Source: an uncultured Collinsella sp. (GTDB taxonomy: Bacteria; Actinomycetota; Coriobacteriia; Coriobacteriales; Coriobacteriaceae). From it: DNA of 64,000 nt. Each line of letters begins with the position of its first letter. Within the stretch, counting starts at the first letter, position 1. This document shows positions 35,606 to 44,655 of the stretch, in pieces. The position numbers and the translations under genes were made by a program. Location: positions 23,420-87,419 of the forward strand of contig CAUGNZ010000002.1 of the NCBI GenBank assembly GCA_959601045.1, given 5' to 3'. The notes beneath the pieces are model-generated. The model was not told the DNA's origin. It did no database searches and worked only from the letters and a program-made list of their open reading frames with translations.

Positions 35606-36190
35606 ATGCGAACCATCATTCTTTATGCCTCACGCCACCACGGCAATACGAAAAAGCTCGTGGACGCCATCGTCGAGGCGCACCCCGAAATCGATACCCT
35701 CGACGTGAAAACACTCGGCAAAAACGAGTATCCCAACCTGCACGAATACCATCTGATTGGTGTCGCCACGGGCATCTATTACTCCGAGATCGACAAGGAC
35801 ATGGCACGCGTGCTCACTAACGTGTTGCAGCCGCAGGACAAGGTGTTTGGCCTTATGACCTACGGTGGCAAAAACAAGTGGTACGGCAAGGATATCGATG
35901 GCATCTGCCGCATGAGGCAGGCCATCTTTATGGGTGTCTACGGCTGCCCCGGCTTTGATACGTGGGGGCCGTTCAAACTCACCGGCGGTGTCCAAAAGGG
36001 GCACCCGACCGCTGAGGAAATTAAGGGTGCCGTCGACTTCTTCGACAAGATCGAAGACGAGTATGGAGACATCATCGTCGAAGAGTACGCCAAGCGCGAG
36101 AAGCGCCTAGCATACGAGAAGGAGCATCCTGCAGGAGGCCTGGTGGCCGGCGTTAAGCGTACGGCAAAGAAAATCGCTAGCAAGCTGTAA
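35606..36190 (+). CDS. Flavodoxin-family protein
   Basis: MRTIILYASRHHGNTKKLVDAI is a flavodoxin-like FMN-binding N-terminus. 194 aa. Opposite strand to its neighbours. Confidence 0.7.
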   Translation: MRTIILYASRHHGNTKKLVDAIVEAHPEIDTLDVKTLGKNEYPNLHEYHLIGVATGIYYSEIDKDMARVLTNVLQPQDKVFGLMTYGGKNKWYGKDIDGICRMRQAIFMGVYGCPGFDTWGPFKLTGGVQKGHPTAEEIKGAVDFFDKIEDEYGDIIVEEYAKREKRLAYEKEHPAGGLVAGVKRTAKKIASKL

Positions 36191-36221
36191 CTGTAAAGGT
36201 GCTTTTGAGCGTTTAACCCGT

Positions 36222-36260
36222 ACGGCGGGTCCGAGCAGATTCGGGCCCGCCGTCTTTTTC
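36222..36260. terminator. Bidirectional hairpin terminator
   Basis: ACGGCGGGTCCGA ... TCGGGCCCGCCGTCTTTTTC. Confidence 0.75.
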
Positions 36261-36265
36261 TTTCG

Positions 36266-37435
36266 TTACTCGGTAAAGGCGTTGCCGACGCTCTGGCCGC
36301 CAACATACGTCTCGACGAGGGTGAGCTCATGGTCGAACACGACAAAGTCGGCGTCGCGACCCGGCATGATGCCGCCGCACTTATCCTCGATGTGCGCGGA
36401 GCGTGCCGGCACCTCGGTTGCCATGCGAATGGCGATATCGGCGCTGGCGATGCCCCAGTCGACGATGTTCTTGACGCCCTGGGCAAGCGTGAGCACCGAA
36501 CCGGCAATGCTCTTGCCATCGGCGAGCCAGCACAGGTTGTCCTTCATGATGACGTCCATGCCGCCGCTGGTGTAGCTGCCCTCGGGCATGCCGCCGCAGC
36601 CCAGGCAGTCGGTGATGAGTACCGTGTGCTGCCAGCCCTTGGCCTGCAGCAGCGCCTTGATGGCGGCAGGGTTTACGTGCTTGCCGTCACAGATGATCTC
36701 GGCGTAGGTCTCGGACGTGGACATAGCAGCACCCACGACACCGGGCTCACGGTGATGCAGCCCGCGCTGGCCGTTATAGGTATGCGTAAAGCAGCTGGCA
36801 CCGGCGTTGATGGCAGCGATGCACTCATCGTAGGTGGCGTCGGAGTGACCGATGCTGGTCACCACACCCTTGGCGTTCAGAGCAGCCGCATAAGCAGCGG
36901 CACCGTCGCGCTCGGCCGCCATGGCGCTCTTAACGATGCGACCGCCCGCAGCCTCCTGCCACTGATCGAAGACCTCCTCGGAGGGGTCGATCAGATAAGC
37001 GGGGTTCTGCGCGCCCACGTGCTTCATGGTAAAGAAAGGGCCTTCCAGGTAGATGCCCTGAATGCGAGCACCGCAGAAGTCGGGGCCGCGACCCTCGTCC
37101 GCCTGGGCGATGGCGGCGCAGGCGTCCTTAATCTGCTCGACGCCATCGGTGAACGTCGTGGGCAGCCAGCTGGTGGTGCCGCGACGGGCGAGCTCGGTCG
37201 AGCTGATATCGATGCCCTCGGGATCGTTATCGGTAGTCGAGTGGTTATAGAAGCCATGGATGTGGGTGTCGACCATACCCGGTGCGATCCACGATCCCGT
37301 GTAATCCTTAATCTCGCAAGAGGGCTCGTCGGCCTGCCAGGCGCCAAAGACGCCATCCTCGACCATAAGATAGCCGCCCAGTTGCGGGCCTGCCGGCAAG
37401 AAGAACTTGTCAGCCTTAATTGCGTACGTGCTCAT
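36266..37435 (-). CDS. nagA: N-acetylglucosamine/galactosamine-6-phosphate deacetylase
   Basis: 389 aa amidohydrolase. HIHG metal motif, EGPF, GHSDA. ATG 37435 lies 5 nt after AAGGAG. Confidence 0.9.
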   Translation of the reverse strand: MSTYAIKADKFFLPAGPQLGGYLMVEDGVFGAWQADEPSCEIKDYTGSWIAPGMVDTHIHGFYNHSTTDNDPEGIDISSTELARRGTTSWLPTTFTDGVEQIKDACAAIAQADEGRGPDFCGARIQGIYLEGPFFTMKHVGAQNPAYLIDPSEEVFDQWQEAAGGRIVKSAMAAERDGAAAYAAALNAKGVVTSIGHSDATYDECIAAINAGASCFTHTYNGQRGLHHREPGVVGAAMSTSETYAEIICDGKHVNPAAIKALLQAKGWQHTVLITDCLGCGGMPEGSYTSGGMDVIMKDNLCWLADGKSIAGSVLTLAQGVKNIVDWGIASADIAIRMATEVPARSAHIEDKCGGIMPGRDADFVVFDHELTLVETYVGGQSVGNAFTE

Positions 37436-37496
37436 ATGCACTCCTTGCTTCTAAAGCAGTTGACTGTGGTGATGCTTATACCCAGCTCACGTAAAA

Positions 37497-37536
37497 CAAA
37501 AAGCGCCCGCCCGCCGTTATGAGCGGACGGGCGCCC
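37497..37536 (-). terminator. Hairpin with T-run between agaS and nagA
   Basis: GCGCCCGCCCGC ... GCGGACGGGCGC. On the minus strand it is followed by TTTTTGTTTT. Confidence 0.65.
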
Positions 37537-37552
37537 TTACAGGGGGACGCGA

Positions 37553-38719
37553 TTAAGCGGTGAAGGGGTGAATCGTCACGCCCTTGACCACGCGGTTGAC
37601 CGTGCCGGTGGGGCTCGGCGTATCGGGCGTGTTGCCCACGCGCACGGAGTTGAGCAGGCTGATTGCCTGGGCAAACATCACGAACGGCAGAGCAAGGTAA
37701 CCCTCGGGGAGTGCCTCATAGCCCTTAAAGGTGAAGGACTCACCCTCGTAGACAGTAGCGCCATCCTGCTGAACGGCAACGGTGCGCTGAGCAATATCGT
37801 CGCCACCGATCTCGTTGAGGATGTCGATGTCGTACTGACGGGTGTAGGCGTCGTTGTTGACGAATACGAAGACGAGCGTCTTATCGTCAACGAAGGACTT
37901 AGGTCCGTGACGATAGCCCATGGAGGTGTCGTAGGAAGTGGCAACCAGGCCATGAGCAAGCTCGAGGATCTTGAGCTGGCTCTCCTGAGCAAGGCCGCCA
38001 AAGGAGCCGGAGCCAAGGTAGGTCACGCGGTTGAAGTCGCCAGCGAGGTAGTCGGCAACCTCAGACTCGCGAGCGATGACCTCCTCGCCCATCTTGGCGA
38101 TGGTCTCGACCCACTCGGCCTTCTGCTCGTCGGAAGCCTCGTCAAAGATGAGAGTAGAGAGCAGGGTCATGCAGGTGTAGGAGCCGGTCATGGCGAAGCC
38201 CTTGTCGTTGGCGCGCGGGATGAGCAGCGTCAGCGCATTGGGATCATCGGCGGACTCGACGGCGAGCTTGCCCTCGGGCGCGCAGGTGATGTTGAGGAAC
38301 TTGACGTTGTGGACGAGCTCCTTGGCAACGGCAACGGCGGCAAGGCTCTCGGGGCTGTTGCCAGAGCGGGCAAAGGAAACCACGAGCGTGGGATCCTCAG
38401 CGCGCAGGAAGTCGCGCGGGGCGCTCACGATGTCGGTCGTGGCGATGGGCTTAAAGTCGTAGAGATCAGTGTTGCCGGCGTGACGCAGATACGGGGCGCA
38501 GGTATCGCCAACATAGTCGGACGTACCGGCACCGGTGAAGACAACGGACAGACGGCCCTCGCCCATAGCGCGAGCCTCGGCCAGAAAGGCCTCGATGGCC
38601 TCCTTGTTCTCGCGATAGATGTTGAGCGTATCACGCCAAAGCTCGGGCTGCTGAGCAATCTCGGCCGTGGTGATCTGGGCGCCGAGCTCGGTGAGCTCCT
38701 CGACACTCTTCTCGAACAT
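37553..38719 (-). CDS. agaS: SIS-domain sugar isomerase/deaminase (AgaS-type galactosamine-6-phosphate isomerase)
   Basis: 388 aa with two SIS domains. The N-terminus TAEIAQQPELW is typical of AgaS. Confidence 0.85.
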   Translation of the reverse strand: MFEKSVEELTELGAQITTAEIAQQPELWRDTLNIYRENKEAIEAFLAEARAMGEGRLSVVFTGAGTSDYVGDTCAPYLRHAGNTDLYDFKPIATTDIVSAPRDFLRAEDPTLVVSFARSGNSPESLAAVAVAKELVHNVKFLNITCAPEGKLAVESADDPNALTLLIPRANDKGFAMTGSYTCMTLLSTLIFDEASDEQKAEWVETIAKMGEEVIARESEVADYLAGDFNRVTYLGSGSFGGLAQESQLKILELAHGLVATSYDTSMGYRHGPKSFVDDKTLVFVFVNNDAYTRQYDIDILNEIGGDDIAQRTVAVQQDGATVYEGESFTFKGYEALPEGYLALPFVMFAQAISLLNSVRVGNTPDTPSPTGTVNRVVKGVTIHPFTA

Positions 38720-38833
38720 TTCTAATACCTCTCTCTAGAAGTAATCCTCTGACGTGCAATTATACACTTCGGTTGGTTATCTGGTAGTAACCAGTTAAAT
38801 ACAAAGAATCATCATATGGAAACGATGCCAACA

Positions 38834-39565
38834 CTAGTCGCTACGCTGGTGGTAAACCTTGTATTTAAACTGATCGGCACGAGCAACCGAGAGCGTATAC
38901 TCCACAACCTCGTTTGACTCGTTATACGTAGTCCTAACCAAATCGAGCACAGGCGAGCCCTCGACAATTTCCAAAAGGTGGGCATCGGTGGGACGGGCTA
39001 TGCTCGCATAGAACTCCTCTTCGGCCACACGTATTTTTTGCTGAAAGTCTTGCTCAATCACATCGTAAAGCGGCTTACGCTCCAGCAGCGGTCGCTTTAG
39101 GGACAGAAATTGACGAACCGGTAGATAGCTGCGTTCGACCATCATGGGCATGTTGTCGGCAGAACGAAGGCGCTTGAGCTTAAAAATGCGATCACCGATA
39201 CGCAATCCCATATGCTCGGCCAGATTCTTATCGGCCTCCATCTCGCAAAACTCGAGAATCGTGGTCTCGGGGTCACGACCCATCGCGCGCATCTGCTCGG
39301 TAAAGCTGTAGGACTGCATAAGATTGGTTGCCTTTGCCGAACGGTCGGTCACAAAGGTACCGCGACCGTGCTGCCGAACCACCAGTCCTAAACGCTCCAG
39401 TTCCTGCAGAGCCAGGCGTACCGTAGTGCGCGAGAGACCATAGCGCTCCGAAAGTTCGCGCTCGGAAGGAATCATGTCACCGGCGCGATATTCATGGTCA
39501 ATCTTTTCGGTCAGAATATCGACCAGCTGATCGTACAGCGGTTGCTTACGCGCTCCGATCGCCAT
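38834..39565 (-). CDS. GntR-family transcriptional regulator (HutC/UTRA subfamily)
   Basis: 243 aa. wHTH IPSERELSERYGLSRTTVRLALQELE plus a UTRA effector domain. Confidence 0.88.
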   Translation of the reverse strand: MAIGARKQPLYDQLVDILTEKIDHEYRAGDMIPSERELSERYGLSRTTVRLALQELERLGLVVRQHGRGTFVTDRSAKATNLMQSYSFTEQMRAMGRDPETTILEFCEMEADKNLAEHMGLRIGDRIFKLKRLRSADNMPMMVERSYLPVRQFLSLKRPLLERKPLYDVIEQDFQQKIRVAEEEFYASIARPTDAHLLEIVEGSPVLDLVRTTYNESNEVVEYTLSVARADQFKYKVYHQRSD

Positions 39566-39650
39566 CCTATCCTCCCTTTTGCTCGAATTCGGCTAACTAC
39601 CTAGGGTGTTAAGCATTATCTGTCTGCCACACCCGAATCATCAAGAAAAC

Positions 39651-39684
39651 AAAAGCCGCGCGCTCTTTCGAGCACGCGGCTTTT
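39651..39684. terminator. Hairpin terminator after the PTS operon
   Basis: AAAAGCCGCGCGCTC-TTTC-GAGCACGCGGCTTTT. Confidence 0.75.
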
Positions 39685-39750
39685 AACATACACATGGCTT
39701 AAGGGGTCGGGGTGTGAGCCGCGTAGGGACACACCCCTCAAGCTAGAGCC

Positions 39751-40833
39751 TTACCAGATGCTCGGCCAGAGACCAAGCGGGCCAGCGCCCAGGATGCCAA
39801 GGACGAAGAGCAGGAGAATGCCCTTGGTCGGGGTCCAGCTGTGCTTAGCGAACATGTAGTAAAGCAGCAGCGTAAGCATAAGCGGGACGAGCTTGGGGAC
39901 GATGGTGTTGAGGGTGTCGGCAACAGAGAAGTTGACCGGATCCTCGGTGACGGTACCGTAGGTAACGGACTCCATGCCGTTGCCCAGATCGGTGACGCCG
40001 CACTCGACAGCGTTGCCGTCGGCATCGGAAGCGGTAAGGGCGTTGCCGTCCTTATCGGTCATGGCGATAGTACCGGCCTCAGCGGTCTCGGTATCGATGC
40101 CCTCCATACCGGTGAAGTTCTCGGCCTCCTTCTCGGAGACGATCACGGTAGTAGCGGAGAGGCCACGGGTGGTGCCATTGGGGATCTGGAGGTTGATCTG
40201 GGTGCCACCCATGGTGACGACCAGGCAACCGACGACGAAGACGCCCATGATGGAAGCGGCACGCGTGAAGGCCTGCATGTTGGCGGTCAGAGCGTCAATA
40301 GCGCTGGTGCCAAGCTTGTAGGACCAGTTCATGAGCCAGAAGCGCAGAGCGAACTGGACGACGTTGAAGATCACCAGGAAGATGATCGGCGCAGCGGCAT
40401 TGCCGTTGATGGCCATGTTGGAGGTGATGCCGGCCGTGATAGGCACAAGCGTCAGCCAGAACAGGGCGTCACCGATACCACCGAGCGGGCCCATTGCGGC
40501 GACGCGGACGGCGCGGATCGTGGGGATGTCAACCTTGTTCTGCTCGAGCGAAAGCACGATGCCCATAACAAAGGTGACAAGGAACGGATGGGTGTTGAAG
40601 AACTCCAGGTTGTGGCTCATGGAAGCCGCGAGGTCGTTCTTGTTGGTGTGAATCTTCTCCAGACCGGGGATGATGGAGTAGAGCCAACCGGCGGCCTGCA
40701 TACGCTCGTAGTTGAACGAGGCCTGCAGGAAGCAGGAGCGCCAGGCCATCTTGTTGAGGGTCTTCTGGTCGAGCTGCGGAGCAGGAGTGAGATCCTCGTA
40801 GTGCTCCGGGATCACATACTCATTAGATGCCAT
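39751..40833 (-). CDS. Mannose-family PTS EIID with an enlarged extracytoplasmic loop
   Basis: 360 aa. N-terminal EIID pattern (MAWRSCFLQASFNYERMQAAGW). ~80-aa acidic/Thr/Gly-rich loop (residues ~218-300). ATG 40833 follows GGAGGTGA and overlaps the EIIC stop. Confidence 0.88.
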   Translation of the reverse strand: MASNEYVIPEHYEDLTPAPQLDQKTLNKMAWRSCFLQASFNYERMQAAGWLYSIIPGLEKIHTNKNDLAASMSHNLEFFNTHPFLVTFVMGIVLSLEQNKVDIPTIRAVRVAAMGPLGGIGDALFWLTLVPITAGITSNMAINGNAAAPIIFLVIFNVVQFALRFWLMNWSYKLGTSAIDALTANMQAFTRAASIMGVFVVGCLVVTMGGTQINLQIPNGTTRGLSATTVIVSEKEAENFTGMEGIDTETAEAGTIAMTDKDGNALTASDADGNAVECGVTDLGNGMESVTYGTVTEDPVNFSVADTLNTIVPKLVPLMLTLLLYYMFAKHSWTPTKGILLLFVLGILGAGPLGLWPSIW

Positions 40834-41623
40834 CTTCGAAGTCACCTCCGTCAGAAACAGCTGCACCCTTCAGCTCGGTCTGCTGCTGGAAGTCCCAGAA
40901 AGCGATGCCGAAGCCGATGAGAGCGAGGATGAGCAGAGCAGGGGTTGCCAGAGAATCGTTGGCAACGGTGATGAGCGCGAGGCCAAAGCCCATGAGGAAG
41001 AAGCCCCACATATCGCGGTTCATCATAACCTTGAGCAGGACGGCGAAGCCGACGAAGCGCATCATGCCGCCTGCAGCGGAGAGACCGGTCTGCAGCCAAG
41101 TCGGGATGGCGGAAGCGATGGTCTGACCGATGGTGGCGCCAGCGATGAAGAACAGGGTGACGACGACGGCGAAGATCAGGCCGAGCAGAGCCATGGCGAA
41201 GTAGTTCAGACGCTCGATACCCTTGGTGTCAGCGTTGTGAGCCATGTTGTCCGCAGAGGACATGAGCGGCGACATAAGCGTGAAGACCAGGGTAACGCCG
41301 AGCTGACCAAGCAGAGCGAACGGAATGGCAAGGCCGACTGCCGCGTTGGGCTCGAGGCCCGTAGCGATAGCGAGAATGGCTGCCATGATGCCGCCGATGA
41401 CGGCGTTAGGCGGCTGAGCGCCTCCGATCGGCATGTTGCCGATCGTCATGAGCTGATAGGTACCACCCACGAGAAGACCGGTGTTGAGGTCGCCAAGGAT
41501 AAGACCGATGACGGCGCCGGTGACGATGGGCTGATAGAGAGACTCGAGGAAGTTGAACTGGTCGATTGCCGCGACGAACGTGACGATGAAGACCAGAGCG
41601 ACCTGGATGATCGAGTATTCCAT
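40823..41623 (-). CDS. Mannose-family PTS EIIC
   Basis: 266 aa polytopic protein, MEYSIIQVALVFIVTFVAAIDQF... Confidence 0.88.
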   Translation of the reverse strand: MEYSIIQVALVFIVTFVAAIDQFNFLESLYQPIVTGAVIGLILGDLNTGLLVGGTYQLMTIGNMPIGGAQPPNAVIGGIMAAILAIATGLEPNAAVGLAIPFALLGQLGVTLVFTLMSPLMSSADNMAHNADTKGIERLNYFAMALLGLIFAVVVTLFFIAGATIGQTIASAIPTWLQTGLSAAGGMMRFVGFAVLLKVMMNRDMWGFFLMGFGLALITVANDSLATPALLILALIGFGIAFWDFQQQTELKGAAVSDGGDFEDGI

Positions 41624-41713
41624 CTTGCTCCTCCTTTCAAAATGTATGTACGCACTTTGGATTTCACGTACAGAATGTCAGGGTTTCATTCCTGACAACG
41701 TGGATCATGAGGA

Positions 41714-42196
41714 TTACGAGAAGAGCTTGCTCGTGTCCTCAACAGGCGTGCTCGGAACGCGCCTGATCTCCAACTCCACCCCCAATTCCTGCAGCTCTTT
41801 AAACGCAGCGACATCCTCGTCGTTAACTGCGACGGAGGTGGCGACTTGGCGCTTTCCTTCCGACATGTGCATGTTGCCGATGTTTACCTTCTTTATAGGC
41901 ACACCGCCCTTGACGAGCGTAAGCACGTCTTCCGGTGTTTCGGCCACGATGAAGATCTTCTGGCGCGGGCTCGCCTTGCCAATGACGTCGATGGTCTTCT
42001 GCAGAGAGAAGAAACGAGTAGCGACGCCGGCGGGAGCGGCCATCTTCATGAGGTTCTGGCGCATGGTGTTAGTCGACACATCGTCGTTGGCGACGAGAAT
42101 GAGGTTGGAGCCCAAGGTGGAGTTCCACTGAGTAGCGACCTGACCATGGACCAGTCGGTTATCGATGCGGGTAAGAAGAATGTTGGGTTCTGCCAT
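41714..42196 (-). CDS. Mannose-family PTS EIIB
   Basis: 160 aa. Carries the phospho-acceptor motif LLTRIDNRLVHGQVATQW. Confidence 0.9.
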   Translation of the reverse strand: MAEPNILLTRIDNRLVHGQVATQWNSTLGSNLILVANDDVSTNTMRQNLMKMAAPAGVATRFFSLQKTIDVIGKASPRQKIFIVAETPEDVLTLVKGGVPIKKVNIGNMHMSEGKRQVATSVAVNDEDVAAFKELQELGVELEIRRVPSTPVEDTSKLFS

Positions 42197-42232
42197 GTTG
42201 ATCAGCTTCCTTTCGTTATTTGCTGACGACAG

Positions 42233-42514
42233 TTACTTGATCTCCTGAATCGCGTAACGCGAAACATCTACAACGGCGCCGGATCGGACTTTGATCTGGA
42301 CCTTCTCGCCTTCGATGCCTTTGACGGTTCCGTAGATACCGCCGGCGAAAAGAACCTCCTGACCCGGCTTGAGCTCGGTGTGTAGCTCCTTGAAGTACTT
42401 CTGCTTCTTCTTCATGTTGATTTGCGACCAGATGGTATAAATCAAGCCCATGACGACAAGCAGGCCTAAAAGAGCGACCGAGGAGCTCAGGACGCTGGCT
42501 CCGAAATCGGCCAT
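42233..42514 (-). CDS. yajC: YajC-family small membrane protein
   Basis: 93 aa with a single TM helix followed by KPGQEVLFAGGIYGTVKGIEGEKVQIKV. Its start overlaps the EIIA stop (TAATG). Confidence 0.8.
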   Translation of the reverse strand: MADFGASVLSSSVALLGLLVVMGLIYTIWSQINMKKKQKYFKELHTELKPGQEVLFAGGIYGTVKGIEGEKVQIKVRSGAVVDVSRYAIQEIK

Positions 42515-42957
42515 TAGATGCCGTCCTCGTCACCGAAGATATCCTCTTCCTCGGCACCAGCGACGGAGGCAACCGTCTGGGCGGTGATGCCCGTCTGGCC
42601 AACGGTCACGGCCTGCTCGCCAAGCTCGGCGAGCGTAGCGTTGCCGCGGAGGAACAGAAGCTCAATAACCATGGGAAGGTTCGTGCCAGTCAGAATCTCG
42701 ACGTTGTCGACATCCTGGGCAATCATCATTGCCTGGTTGAACGGGGTACCACCAAGCAGGTCGGTAAAGACGAGCACGCCATCGCACTCCTCGCGCATGG
42801 CGGTGATAGCGGCGCGGAGATCCTCACCGTAGGAAGCAGCCTGGTCGCCCTCGAAAGGAACGACGGTAAAAGCGGGCTGATCACCGGCGACCATAGCGAT
42901 AGCGCTTGCGAGGCCGGGTGCGAACTGTCCATGACCGGTAAGAATAAAGCCAACCAT
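42514..42957 (-). CDS. Mannose-family PTS EIIA
   Basis: 147 aa. MVGFILTGHGQFA contains the phospho-His. Confidence 0.88.
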   Translation of the reverse strand: MVGFILTGHGQFAPGLASAIAMVAGDQPAFTVVPFEGDQAASYGEDLRAAITAMREECDGVLVFTDLLGGTPFNQAMMIAQDVDNVEILTGTNLPMVIELLFLRGNATLAELGEQAVTVGQTGITAQTVASVAGAEEEDIFGDEDGI

Positions 42958-43377
42958 TCAAATTTCCCTTCCGAAGGTGTGTACGATCTGAGTCCGATGT
43001 TTTCGGAAGCCAGCGGGCGGACGCCCTTAAAGCTTCTTGGAAAGCGTTCTTTGAAGACCAGTGGTCTCTCAACTGGTAGTAACCACGTGAAGTGTTGTTG
43101 TCACTATATCATCACAGAAGAGGTCGCTTTCGCTGATTCACGCAGTAAACGTTTTTGCACCGCTCACGGCGATAAATCGACCGTTTACCGCTCGTTAACA
43201 CTTCTACCTGCGGTTTTGAAATCGTTTCGAAATACTTTGACGAAAGATCGGAACCTTTTCTGTGTCTAAACAACGCAGGGTGGCCAAAAAAGCATGTAGA
43301 AAAAATGCAGGTCATTGTGAAGATTTGTGAATTGGTCTTTTTGACTTAATACCAGTTAGAACCAGTTTAGAAATTAT

Positions 43378-43389
43378 CGGTGAACGGTA
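43378..43389. promoter_or_regulatory. CGGTGAACGGTA box upstream of the aga-type PTS operon
   Basis: Exact reverse complement of the TACCGTTCACCG box at 22243-22254. Confidence 0.4.
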
Positions 43390-43656
43390 GTTTTCGACCG
43401 CTCAGCGGTTATTTCCAATCGTTTGCAGCTCCTTTTCCATATGAATTAGGGAGACCCGATGAAGCACTTGCGCGGTTGCGGGAAATTTCGATACTCGTCC
43501 ATCCCCCACGTGCCAAACTCTCACTCCCTAAATATGCCATAAGCTCTCGCTATTCGTCTTACAAACATAACTTACTCTAATCTGTAATTGTTTATCGTTT
43601 ATCATTAAGTATGTTATAAGATTTAAATATCATCCTAGACATTGGTTGGAGGAGCT

Positions 43657-44295
43657 ATGATCCGCTGGAACGTATCCAAATCGAATGAACCCATCAACCG
43701 CGAACAGGCAATAGCCGATCTGAGGAAGCTCGCTCACATCTGCAAATGGGCCACAATCTGCACCGCCGTAGCGCTCGCTCTGGGACTCCTCGCAGTCATT
43801 GCAATCGAGCTTCTACTCATATTGCCTAGCCTCTCCCAAGGGTTCTGCCTCCAATCCGTAGAGCTTAATGCCGGCGAAGGGCCATCTCTCGCTCTCGTCG
43901 GCGCCAATGAACAGACCCCTCTTATGCTTGTCGCGCACGACGGTCATACTGCCATAGGGAGCGCCATGATGACATGCCTTGCGCTTGCCATTGTGCTAAG
44001 CGCATACAGGTTTTTCTCCGCCATTGAAAAGGCGGGCAGGCCCTTTGACCTCGAATGCATCCGCATACTACGTCAAGTAGGACATTTGTTCCTTATTGGC
44101 GGCGTTGCTGTGAAGCTTCTTGGTGCCATAGTCACGGGGCTGATACTCTCAGGATTTGGCGGCAACTTTACGGATGCGCTTGGCGGCCAGCACCTCGACC
44201 TCTCTATGGTCTTTGCAGGCCTGATTATTAGCCTGATTGCCAGCGTCTTCCAGTACGGGTGTATCCTGCAAATACAAGATGACGAGTTGCTCTAG
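43657..44295 (+). CDS. DUF2975-like multi-pass membrane protein
   Basis: 212 aa with 4-5 TM helices. Immediately followed by a YozG-type HTH gene, which is the usual pairing. The start is ATG 43657, or TTG 43642. Confidence 0.7.
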   Translation: MIRWNVSKSNEPINREQAIADLRKLAHICKWATICTAVALALGLLAVIAIELLLILPSLSQGFCLQSVELNAGEGPSLALVGANEQTPLMLVAHDGHTAIGSAMMTCLALAIVLSAYRFFSAIEKAGRPFDLECIRILRQVGHLFLIGGVAVKLLGAIVTGLILSGFGGNFTDALGGQHLDLSMVFAGLIISLIASVFQYGCILQIQDDELL

Positions 44296-44304
44296 GGGGA
44301 ATCC

Positions 44305-44541
44305 ATGATTATTCTGCGGCTCGACCGCATGCTCGCCGAACGCAAGATCTCATCCAAAGAGCTTGCGGAACGCGTGGGCATCTCCCAGGTCAATATGTCG
44401 CGCATCAAGACGGGCAAGGTTTCTGCCGTGCGCTTTTCAACTCTTGACGCGATATGCCGGGCACTCGACTGCCAACCGGGCGATGTACTGGAATATATGC
44501 CTGACGATGAAGCCGATAACCTCTTTGGACTTAAAGATTAA
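44305..44541 (+). CDS. XRE/YozG-type helix-turn-helix transcriptional regulator
   Basis: 78 aa, LDRMLAERKISSKELAERVGISQVNMSRIKTGKVSAVRFSTLDAICRALDCQPGDVLEY. Confidence 0.85.
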   Translation: MIILRLDRMLAERKISSKELAERVGISQVNMSRIKTGKVSAVRFSTLDAICRALDCQPGDVLEYMPDDEADNLFGLKD

Positions 44542-44575
44542 TTGAGATTATTTAACTACCGGTACCTCCGACGTA

Positions 44576-44615
44576 ATAAGCCCGCTAGAACGGATATCGT
44601 TCTAGCGGGCTTATT
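44576..44615. terminator. Bidirectional hairpin terminator
   Basis: AAGCCCGCTAGAACG ... CGTTCTAGCGGGCTT. Confidence 0.75.
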
Positions 44616-44655
44616 CAGATAGTTCGGCTACGCGATCGGTAAGCTCAGGCAGATC

